Below are positions 1 to 10,100 of a stretch of DNA of 50,359 nucleotides, piece after piece. This DNA comes from Chrysochromulina tobinii (lineage: Eukaryota), in assembly GCA_001275005.1 (NCBI GenBank), contig JWZX01003212.1, positions 1 through 50,359 of the forward strand. Reading direction: 5' to 3'. Made by a program: the position numbers and the translations under genes. Numbering within the stretch: the stretch's first letter is position 1; each line of letters starts with the position of its first letter. The notes under the pieces were generated by a model. It was not told the DNA's origin. It saw only the letters and a list, made by a program, of their open reading frames with translations, and ran no database searches.

Positions 1-1155
1 CGAAGGCGGTGGCGGAGTTGGGGCCGGGGAGGGCGGTGGCGGAAGCGGCGGGGGAGAGGGAGGCGGAGAGGGTGGTGGCGGACGCGGGGGTGGAGAGGGA
101 GGCGGAGAGGGCGGTGGCGGACGCGGGGGGTGGGAAGGAGGAGGTGGCGACGGCGGCGGTGACGGCGGCGGCGGAGACGGCGGCGGCGAAGGCGGTGCGG
201 GTGGGGGCGACGGTGGCGAGAATCCCAGCAGATAGCGATTGACGTACCCTGTGAAATCGTTAGTCACCATGTCCATCAGCCTGTACTCCGAGCCTACCAT
301 ACAGCGCAGCTCCCAGGAGACGGGCCCACGCGAGGGCGACTTGATGACTGAGTACGAGCATATTTCCGTCAGCGGCGTCTGCAGTGTCACGTTGATGTCA
401 AAGGTGGGGCCGGAGACGTTGTGCACAAGGATCCCGGTGCCGATGAGAAGGTCGGAGGCATTGGCAGCATATCGCCCCATGGTCGCCGCGGTGAGCACGA
501 CCGGCGTTGGCCAGCCTTCCCATGCGATCGGGGTGGGAAGGCAAACCGGCGACTGCACGGGATTGCACCACGTGCGCATCATCGAGATGAGCGGCGCTGG
601 CGTGCTCGGCAGGCCGCCGCCGAGCCGCACGCCATTCAGCTGCGCCGGGCTGAGGGCGACGTCCCACACCAGCAGGTCCTTCATCTGGCCCATGAACATG
701 GGATCACTGCCCCAGTGGCTCTTGCCCACGTACAGGTTGGAGCGGCTCACCGGCAGCGGGAAGCGCATCGACGCGCTCGTCGCGACGCTCGCACCATTCC
801 AGTAGATCTGGGCGGGCCCGTAGGTGTCGGCGATGCTCGCACGCGACTGCACGACCGCGACGTGAGTCCACACGTTTGCGGGGAATGATGGCGCCGAGCT
901 TGCATAGAAAAAGGAGGAGGAACTCCCATGAGTCACATAGTAATGCATTCCGTTTTGGAAACTCAGGAAGACGCTGTCTGCAGCTGCACCGTTGCCGAAA
1001 TCGATGATGCGATCATCTGCAGAGCCTATCTGCGTGCGGTAGACCCACGCGCAGAGCGTGAAGCCAAGCCCCCCGCCCACGAGTCCGGTGCGCGACGTGG
1101 CCCTCAAGTAGGAGGTCGCCGCCCCGGTGAAGCTGTATGCGCCGTCTACGGTGCA

Positions 1156-1187
<32 letters not shown>

Positions 1188-3726
1188 AGGGCGGAGGATT
1201 GCCCCAGCACTGCAACGTACCAGTCGTGAGGTACGCGCACGAGTGGGCGCGTCCGAGCGCCAGCCGCCCGACGGCGCCGCTGACATCGATCGTGGTCGGC
1301 CACATCCGAGTTTGAGTCGTGTTGTCGCCGAGCTGGCCTTCGGTGTTCCGGCCCCAGCACTTGAACGTACCGGCGGTGAGGTACGCGCACGTGTGGGAGC
1401 TTCCGAGCGCCAGCTGCCCGACGGTGCCGCCGATATTGATCGTGGTCGGCGTGTTGCGATGGATCGGTATCGGCCCCACCACGCCTGGCCCGCCATCGCC
1501 GAGCTGCCAGTCGTTGTTTTGGCCCCAGCACTTCAACGTACCGGCGGTGAGGTACGCGCACGTGTGACTTCCTCCGAGTGCCAGGAGCCCGACGGTGCCG
1601 CCGACATTGATCGTGATCGGCGTGTTGCGATTTTGATTTGTGCCGTCGCCGAGCTGGCCGTAGGTGTTCCAGCCCCAGCACTTCAAGGTTCCGGTCGTGA
1701 GGTACACACACGTGTGCTGGCCTCCGAGGGACAAGAGAAGGACGCGACCGCCGACATTGATCGTGGTCGGCCGCGGGGTATAATCAGATGTGCCTAAGCC
1801 AAGCTGGCCCTGGTCGTTCGTGCCCCAGCACTTCAAGGTGCCGGCCGTGAGGTACGCACACGTTCTGCCCTCGTTTGAACCACCTCCGAGGGCCAGGAGC
1901 CCGATGGTGCCGCCGACATTGATCGAGGTCGGCGTGTTGCGATCCCTAGACGCGCCGTCGCCGAGCTGGCCGTTGCCGCCTCCGCCCCAGCACTTCAATG
2001 TACCGGCGTTGAGGTACGCGCACGTGTGGGAGCCTCCGAGGGCCAGGAGCCCGACGGTGCCGCCGACATTGATCGTGGTCGGCATGTTGCGATTTTCATT
2101 TGTGCCGTCGCCGAGCTGGCCGTAGGTGTTCAAGCCCCAGCACTTGAGGGTGCCGGAGTACGCGCACGTGTGGTCGTGTCCGAGCGCCAGCAGGCGAGGT
2201 GTGAGCTCGGGTGGCGAGGGGGGGGGGCACGAGTTGAGCGTGATCCGATTGATCTCGATTGATCTCGATTGATCTCGATTGATCTCGAGATCTCGCCTGC
2301 TCAAGCCGCTGCCGGCGCCGTCGGCGAGCACTCCGTCGGTAATCTTGGAGATGGCGAAGGTGCACACGGACAGCTGCGGCGGCAAGGGCGGTGGGCATGG
2401 TGGGGGCGGTCGCAATGGCGGCGATGGCGGCGATGGCGGCGATGGCGGCGGTGGCGGCGAGAATGGCGGGCGCGGGGGCGGCGTCGACGGGGCAAACCAA
2501 ATTTGGTACCCACCAGAGGGGACGAGGCTGACGATGGGGAAAAAGAGGGTGTTGCTCGAAAACCAGTGGCTGCGGTTGCTGATGGCCTGCAGCAGCCCGA
2601 GGGCGGAGCCTGACGTGGGGGCGTTGGCCCCTGCCGCGCGCGTGTCGTAGATCCACTGATCATAGTACGCATCGGCACTGCTGGAGGGAGTCGAGTACAC
2701 CGAAAAGGCCGAAGGATGGAGGTAATTCCAGACGCCAACGGGTGCGGACGAGGCGCCAGGGATGTTGCTGAACCCGCAACCGCCGGCTGCCCGATTGCAG
2801 AAGCCGCACAGGAAAGTGGGGGCAGCCCGGGTGCCCCGATAGATGATGAGCTCGTCTCCACCGGAAGTCAAAGCAAACGGGCCGCCAACCCACGAGGCGA
2901 GCAGATCCGACCAGGCTAGGACGGTGCCGGCGCGCATCTGCGCGGTGGCCGTGAACTGCACATGGATGCCGTCGCTGAACCCAACACTGGAAGACCCGTG
3001 CGGGCCGCAGTCAAGGCAGTCGGTGCCTTGAGTACAAAGTGTGTACTCCGCGCCGGGGCCGCCGTCGTCGCAGTCGTTGTCGGAGGCGTAGTTGCACGTG
3101 TTGCTGCAGCTCGGGGAAATCGCAGCGTTGGTCGCGAATATCGTCTCGCCAGGGTTGAGGTGATTGAAGAGCACGACCGCAAAGTCCACGGGGGCGTCAT
3201 GCTTTAAGTAGATGACGGCGCACTCGCCAGGATCCAGGCGCGGAGCAAACGGTGGCAGTGGAGGTGGCGATGGTGGAGGAGGCGATGGAGGAGGCGATGG
3301 AGGTGGCGATGGTGGAGGAGGCGTTGGAGGAGGCGATGGAGGTGGGGGTGAAAATGGAGGTGGGAGTTTTGGCGGAGATGGAGGCGGTGGCAACGGAGGT
3401 GGTGAAGGAGGCGGCAATGGTGGTGGCGGTGACCGCGGTGGTGGTGAGGGCGGTGGCAATGACGGTGGGGGTGGCGGTGGTAATGAGGGCGGTGGCGATG
3501 ATGGTGGGGGTGGTGATGGTGGCGACGGTGGAGGGGGAGACGGAGGCGGCGCGGGCGGCGGTGACGGTGGAGGCGGAAATGGTGGCGGCGAGGGCGGCGG
3601 TGACGGTGGGGGTGGAGCTAAGGGCGACGGTGGCCAGGGCGGAGGCTCGGTTGCACTGGTCGCGGTGCTAGAAAAAGTGGCAAGCAGTCCTAGAAAAGTG
3701 GCACGCGGTGCAAGGAAAGCCAGCAT
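1..3726 (-). CDS. Secreted Pro-rich protein with Cys-rich module, 7 RCC1 repeats and a LamG/concanavalin-A-like domain (3' end outside window)
   Basis: Manual minus-strand translation from ATG 3726 (absent from the ORF track because no stop is reached). Order: hydrophobic leader MLAFLAPRATFLGLLATFSST; (SPPP)n; CSNTCNYASDNDCDDGGPG; seven HTCAY..GTLKCWG.N..GQLGDG units at ~1200-2190; FTLCAWVY..RIIDFGNG..WTHVAVV..IYWNG..LYVGKSHW at ~650-1070. Confidence 0.85.
2242..2293. repeat. Decamer tandem repeat (GATCTCGATT)~5 inside the RCC1/LamG reading frame
   Basis: Visible 10-nt period. Frame is preserved and has no stop (RDLEINRDQSRSIEINRI). Confidence 0.85.
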
Positions 3727-4047
3727 GGAACGGGAGAATGCTCGTGGTCTGCCGCGCAGCAGGTCGCCGGACGGGCGGGAATTCGCTCCCGGAGTACTGG
3801 CAACTTGCGAGTACAAGAGTCGAGTACACCGAAAAGGCCGCGAGTACGGCGCGCGCGTGCAGGCGCCCACTTGCGGCGGCCGTCCTGCCCCTGGAATCCT
3901 GCGACTCCTGCGGAATTCCTCGGAAAGGGAAGCGAGAGTGATCAAGGTGCGTGTTGGTGTTGTGAACGTTAACACGACAGACGCGACAGCCGGTGCTGTG
4001 TTAGAAGTCACACATACACCCATTCACATTCACACACACAGTATGTT

Positions 4048-6171
4048 GTGAATGCAACTGACCCTTTCGCAAACATCATTACCACGCCCGATCACGTCCC
4101 AAACCTCGCGCTCTTCGCCGATCGCCCGGATAAATCCACCCCGGCAGGAGGACTGAACCCGGGTATCGCGATCGTCATGTACCTCCAAGACACCCGCGAA
4201 ATCCGCATCCAAACGCCCACGGTCCGAGCATGGCTCATGGACGATGTGTTCGAAGATGTGAATAAGGTGCTCGAGACGACGCGTCTCCAACCGCGCGCAG
4301 GCTTTAAGATCCAAGCGATCCTCGGCCAACCGGCCCGACTGGCCCCACGCACGCCCGGCGGCACGGGCATCGGTATCTCGATCAAATTCTGGTTGATTCC
4401 GCCACCGGACCTTGACCCGCGCGATCCTGAATCCATCAAGGGCGTGGTGCTTCCCGCACCCGTCCTACTGCCGCGTCGCTACGTCGAAGACCCTCAGTCG
4501 GGAGAATGGCTCCCTGACTGGCTACATGATCCCGACCCGACCGTATCCACGCGCCAGCTCACGCGTGCGGAACGCTGCCAAGGAGGCCTGAATGGCCAAG
4601 GCGATGGCGTTTCCGCCCGGTACATCGTCTCAGGCGGTGCTCGCATCGGTGGAACGCTGCTCGAGGCTGCCCATGATGGCGAGAGATTCTTCCGGCTCGG
4701 AGATGACTACGACCCAGAGTCGAATGGCATCGAAGGATTACAAACTCTCAACAACTCGCACAAACTCGGCGACACCGCGCGACGCATCGCTCAGCGCAAA
4801 AACGCTGTGCAAAGAGCGCAAAGAGCCGCGGCAGCAAAACTTGACCCAGAGGCGCTGACCGCCCACACGGCTGCTCTGGCGAAGAGCTTCCTACCCGCTG
4901 GCGTATGCCGCAAGGCTGCTGAACGCCTATCGACCACTGATTCTCCGTGCTACATCCCCGCATCCCATGCGGAGCAAGCCGCGGATGCACTGGATACGCC
5001 AGCACAATACATCACTGCTGCCTGCAAGAATAGCTCGTGTCGCACAGCCATGTGCATCAGCTTCAATAAGACGGGCGAAGCGGTCGTCCACTCGCTCTCC
5101 GAAACCCGCGCGAAAGCAGCCGCATCCATCGCGACTGCGAGGATGGAGGGCCAGATCCAATCCCAAGTTGAATCCCTCCGCCCTGCCCGCGCTGCCGACC
5201 AGTATGGCGCAGGCGCTGAAGGCCCCTACGCTGCACCTCAGTTTATCCCCCGTCAGTCGGAAACCACCGCCGGCAAGGGCGCTGGTAAAGGCAAAGGCGC
5301 CGGCAAAGGCGAGGGAAAAGGCGCCGGAAAAGGAGCCGGAAAAGGAGCTGGAAAAGGCAAAGGTAAAGCCTCAATACCGTCGCCCGTGTTCGCTGCTGAC
5401 CGCCGCTACGCTACCGATGGGTCGGGCGTCTTCGGACATGTCCCTCCTACTGCACGCGAGGAGCGCCGTTACGACTCCGATGGAGCTGGACCGTTCACGA
5501 GAGAACAATTCTACCAATTTTACAACGGATCCCTTCGTGAATGGGCCATCGCAGTTCCGGAGCACCCCACGGAGCCCCCAGGGTACGTGGCGCCACCAAC
5601 AGCGCCGCCAACGACGAGATCGACGCACCCTCTGCAGCAGCCGACTCCGCCAGCCCAGGGCGATGGGGCGACTCAGCCGAACGCCAAAGCAGCGCGCACG
5701 CACTTCACCCCGCCACACTCTCCGGGCCACTTGCTTGCCACCACGGCAGCGAGCCTCGGGCTTCAGGAGCACGGATCTCAGCTTCCCGACGCCCAGATGG
5801 CACCAGCAGCCAACCGCGTCGTCCATGGATGGAACTGCCCGATGCCAATTCCGGGCACTGTGCCTATTGGCCCGGTGATTGCACCTCCTCTTCTCCACGC
5901 AGCGACCCAGCTCGCCCGCGGACTTTACCAACTGATGTCCCTCTCGCAAGCGAGGACGGCCGGAGGACGAGTGCTCGTCGCGCATCAGCTTATCGCCGAA
6001 TATCTCTCCTCGGCAGAGGGCGGCTCCTTTAACCCCGAGGTGACCGAACGCCTCACGATTACCCTGGAGGAGTGCAACGTCGTCGACGTCACGACACACG
6101 AGCCCGGTGGGGAAGCAGAGACCCAATACTACTACGAGTTCCTAGTGGAGCCTAACCTCAACACCGCGTGA
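4048..6171 (+). CDS. Orphan 707-codon ORF, possibly gag/ORF1-like from a mobile element
   Basis: Uninterrupted ORF that looks less GC3-biased than its neighbours. Contains a Cys cluster (CKNSSCRTAMC), a GK repeat at ~5272-5367 and the module ERRYDSDGAGPFTREQFYQFYNGSLREW. The first in-frame ATG is at 4177, and a CA-rich tract (4009-4040) precedes the ORF. No catalytic motif recognised. Confidence 0.6.
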   Translation: MNATDPFANIITTPDHVPNLALFADRPDKSTPAGGLNPGIAIVMYLQDTREIRIQTPTVRAWLMDDVFEDVNKVLETTRLQPRAGFKIQAILGQPARLAPRTPGGTGIGISIKFWLIPPPDLDPRDPESIKGVVLPAPVLLPRRYVEDPQSGEWLPDWLHDPDPTVSTRQLTRAERCQGGLNGQGDGVSARYIVSGGARIGGTLLEAAHDGERFFRLGDDYDPESNGIEGLQTLNNSHKLGDTARRIAQRKNAVQRAQRAAAAKLDPEALTAHTAALAKSFLPAGVCRKAAERLSTTDSPCYIPASHAEQAADALDTPAQYITAACKNSSCRTAMCISFNKTGEAVVHSLSETRAKAAASIATARMEGQIQSQVESLRPARAADQYGAGAEGPYAAPQFIPRQSETTAGKGAGKGKGAGKGEGKGAGKGAGKGAGKGKGKASIPSPVFAADRRYATDGSGVFGHVPPTAREERRYDSDGAGPFTREQFYQFYNGSLREWAIAVPEHPTEPPGYVAPPTAPPTTRSTHPLQQPTPPAQGDGATQPNAKAARTHFTPPHSPGHLLATTAASLGLQEHGSQLPDAQMAPAANRVVHGWNCPMPIPGTVPIGPVIAPPLLHAATQLARGLYQLMSLSQARTAGGRVLVAHQLIAEYLSSAEGGSFNPEVTERLTITLEECNVVDVTTHEPGGEAETQYYYEFLVEPNLNTA

Positions 6172-6770
6172 CTCTGAGCACACACCTGTGCTCCTTCTGA
6201 CATACTCCTTAGTTGAGTCAGGTACAGAACCATGACACTCGAGACTTCGGACGTCAACCCGTCCGCGTGCTTGCTCCGATAGGCTACTACTATGAGCCCA
6301 AGCATGACTCTGAGAGGGGGGGGCACGGAGAGCATGGAATCTTCCCAGGGAAGAAAGAGAGCTTACCACGATGGACGGAGGGAACAGCCCAGTGTCTCTG
6401 TGCATGCCATGAGGTTTCGGAGCACCGTCGTCGTCCTGTCCGCGCGCCCGTACTGCACGCGTCCAAGCATGACCCGAGAGAGGGAGGTATCAGGAGAGGA
6501 GTAAATGGGAGTGTCGTATAGGCCCTTCGTGGCAAAGAGGGGGGACGGAGATCGATGTGTGCTATCATATCTGTTGTTACCACGTGCAATCACGCCATAT
6601 ACAACGACACCCCCGGTGTTCATTTACATGTAACCGGTCAGCAGTTTCTACTCATACAGTCTCTATAAGACTTTAATAAGAGCGACGACGCGCCCATCGT
6701 TACAAGCCAGAAGCCTCAAAAAGGATCAGTGCAATTAGAGGGGTGCTATAGCACACGGCACACCCCTTTC
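6169..6770 (+). other. Hairpin-dense 3' tail of the orphan ORF (candidate structured RNA)
   Basis: Stems read by eye: 6176-82/6187-93, 6169-74/6215-20, 6248-53/6260-65, 6272-79/6417-24, 6323-31/6395-6403, 6501-07/6621-27, 6511-17/6604-10, 6739-45/6761-67. Confidence 0.5.
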
Positions 6771-6810
6771 AGTCGACGATCAGTGTGCTCTTCATGTCCC
6801 CCAAGGGCCG

Positions 6811-6910
6811 GGCACGGGGGACAGGTCGTACTTGCTCGGGGGCACGGGGAGGCCAGTTATACGAACTACCGGCACGGGGGCCGATAGATGTAGTGTGGCT
6901 GGGACGGGGG
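6811..6910. repeat. Four GG(C/G)ACGGGG(G/A) decamers at exact 30-nt period with unique 20-nt spacers
   Basis: Copies start at 6811, 6841, 6871 and 6901. Spacers: ACAGGTCGTACTTGCTCGGG, GGCCAGTTATACGAACTACC, CCGATAGATGTAGTGTGGCT. Confidence 0.8.
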
Positions 6911-7134
6911 GTGGGGGCCGGATCCTTGAAAATCCTCGCCGGTGTGTTAGTCCACCGAGCGACGCGACCGCGGTGACAGCGCCCGTCTGTCCTGTGTTTC
7001 GTGTGGTAGTGGCTGGTCGGTACCTTGTATGTCGATTCAACTGACCCTTTCTCAACATTTTTCTTCCACCGGCTTCCAGCAGTCACGCGGGCGGGCGCAT
7101 TCCAGATCACGACGCGCCTGTTCTCGAAAGGAAG

Positions 7135-10100
7135 ATGCTGAGCCCAATGAAGGTTAACTTCAAGGGCCTCCTCGCCACACCCTCGAGCGAGGCGACCGAA
7201 GCACAGAAGCTGAAGGACCAGCAGGCGGCGCAGGCGCTCACCAAAGACTACCTTACCCTCAAGACCTCAATGTCGCAGGGGGTTCGTGTGCTTGATCGCG
7301 CCGAAGGAAAGTCCATGATGATCTTCTCGCTCAAAGACCTGCAGGTCAGCCGCTCGTACTCAACCCCACTAGGAACGTTGGTGGAGCGAACGAATGAGCG
7401 CACTGTCGTGCTGAACGGCCGAACCGAAATCGAGATCGACCTGGAGGAGACGACGCCGGGCTCGCCTGCTGCGACACCTCCAAGCACGCCCGGTGCGGCC
7501 TCTCCTTCGAAGGCGAGCAGCAGCGCGAGTGGCTCCGCAGCTGGGCTGATCAAGGAGGGCGACATTTGCATGGTCAGTGGGCTTTCCCAGGCTGCTCATC
7601 AGAATGGCAAGAAGGCGCGCGTGGTCGGGTACAACGCCACCAAAGGGCTCTGGAACGTCTTGATCGATGGGCAGTCGAGCCAGGTGGCGCTGCGCCCCGA
7701 GAATCTCATTCCGCCACCGGTGATCCATGTGGGCGACGTCTGCACCATCACCGGCCTCGAAAAGGCGGCCGACGTGAATGGCAAGAAGGCGAACGTAGTT
7801 GGGCATGACCCAATTAAGGGTCTGTGGCACGTGATGATCGACGGGCAGCCAAACAAGGTAGCGCTGCGCCCGGAGAACCTGATTCCGCTGCCGACGACGA
7901 CAGAAGAGGGCCGCGACGCGTCGACCGCAACCATATCAGGCAACTCGTGGACTTCCTCTTGCCTCCTCGCCGCTGGTGGCTTGCTCCTCGTGCTTACCAT
8001 CTCTGGTCTCATGACGTCTACCGGTACCGTGAGCCCCTCGCCTCCACCGCTGCCGCCGCCGCCCGGGCTACCACCGCTGCCGCCACCGCCGCTGCCGCCG
8101 TCGCCATACGCTCCGGGCACCCTCATTCCACCACGAGCACCGCCGTCACCGCCATGCGCGCCCTCTCCCTCGCCTACCCCACCGCCACCCTCGCCCTCGC
8201 CCAAACCATGGCGACCACCCCCGTCGCCTCCTCCGCCGTCGCCGTCGCCACCGCCGCCACCGCCGCCCTCTCCTGCCCCACCCTTGCCCTCGCCACCGCC
8301 ACCATCTCCATCACCATCGCCACCACCGCCGCCGCCGTTGCCACCGCCGGAGGTGGTGCACGATCTCGATCTCGATCTCGGCGATGAGATCGCCTCTGCC
8401 CCGTTACCACCGCCGGAGGTGGATCCAGATCTCGATCTCGATCTGCCGCCGTTGCCACCGCCGGAGGTGATGCCAGATCTCGATCTCGATCTCGATCTCG
8501 GCGATGAGATCGCCTCTGCCGGCCAGCCGAACGCGGCACCGAGCTCAACGCCGAGCTCAGCTTCGAGCTCGACGCCGAGCTCGACTTCGATCTCAACGCC
8601 GAGCTCATCGCCGAGCTTAACGGCCGAGCTGCCGAATATAGCCGAGGCACAGGAAGAGCTAGCGCGCATGCAAGCGGAGCTCGCGCAGGCGGTCGATGCC
8701 GAAGACTACGCCAAGGCGGCCGAGCTCATGCCCCAGATCAAGCAGCTCAGAACGGCGCTTGCGGACCGTCAGCCGATGCCTCAACCGCTGCCGTTGCCGC
8801 CCGCACCATCGCCGCCCATACCATCGCCGCCGCCCCCGCCCCCGCCCCCGCCACCGATTCCTCCACCGCTGGGCACGTCACCGCCGCCACCATCGCCTCT
8901 CTCACCGACACCCCCATCACCGTCCCCACCTTCACCAGACCCGCCGCCCCCGCCTTCACCAGACCCGCCGCCCCCGCCTTCACCAGACCCGCCGCCCCCA
9001 CCTTCACCGCTGCCCGCGCCGCCACCTTCACCGCTGCCCGCGCCGCCACCTTCACCGCTGCCCACGCCGCCACCTTCACCGGACCCTCCGCCGCCGTCAC
9101 CACACGCCCCCTCGCCTCAGAGCGCCGCGCCGCCGTCGCGGGCACCCATGACGGTGACGCCGTTGCGGGCACCCACGGCGCCGTCGCGGGCACCCACGGC
9201 GCCGTCGCGGGCACCCACGGCGCCGTCCAACGGTTCGCTCGTCATTCTCGGAGCGGCCTTCGGCCTTCTCGTCTTGGTGGCGTCCCTGTGCTTCGTCATG
9301 CGGACTTTCTCCGGCGTCTTCCCCGGCCAAGTGTCGCCCAACATGGCGCCCAAGAGGGCCGCGGGTTCGTCGAATTCGTCAAATGGGTACAATCCGAGCG
9401 CGTATGAGAAGCTCGAAGAGGAGAGTGGCGAGCTGCCGGATCTGGGCGAGCTGGGCGAGACGGCCTTCTCACTGCACACGCTCGAGCCTACCTACGGTCG
9501 AGGGCACGAGCCTTCCTTATTAGGAAGCAGCAGCCCTATAGAGGTCATGTACCAGCGGCATAAGGAATCCACCTCACCACGTGGGAGCCCGACCGCAACC
9601 AGCTTAGGCAGCTCGGTCGAGAAGGCCACCGAAGGTTCAGTCCCGCCGTCGCGTAGCCGGCAGCCCAGTGTGGAGGCAACAACCTTCATCGACGACTCCG
9701 TCGTCGCCTCCCCCGCTGTCACGATTCTTCCCGGCAGCGCGGGAATCTGGGTCGGAGCGGTCTCGCCGCAGCAGCAGGGGCATGGAGCTCCCTGGAGCTG
9801 CAGTAGCGGTGGGACGGAGGCGGACTGGCTGGCGGCCGTGGAGGCGCGGAGGGTCGGGGAGGAGTCGGCGGACGAGGGCGCCGTGTCGGGCGAGGGCGCC
9901 GTGTCGGGCATGGAGCGCCGTGTCGAGGAGGAGTCGGCGGACGAGGCGGACTGGCTGGCGGCGGTTGAGGCGGCGCCGTGTCGGGCAGGGAGCGCCGTGT
10001 CGGCGGACGAGGCGGACTGGCTGGCGGCGGTTCAGGCGGGCAGTGCGGCGCTCGCGAAAAAGGAGGCGGCGGCGAAGCAGGAGGCAGAGGAGAAGGAGGC

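Noticed and set aside
2206..2296. Possible GC-donor intron around the GATCTCGATT repeat
   Set aside because: No phase-compatible acceptor found, and the frame is open through it.
9..4051. Plus-strand ORFs such as 928-1797 and Gly-rich 3212-4051
   Set aside because: Antisense shadows of the Pro-rich RCC1/LamG gene on the minus strand.
6811..6910. CRISPR array
   Set aside because: The repeat is only 10 nt and non-palindromic, there are four copies, the context is eukaryotic and no cas-like ORF is present. Kept only as an unexplained periodic array.
8341..8520. GAG|GT sites and (GATCTC)n as introns
   Set aside because: Reads as an in-frame coding duplication (PPPEV..DLDLDL) with no acceptor module.
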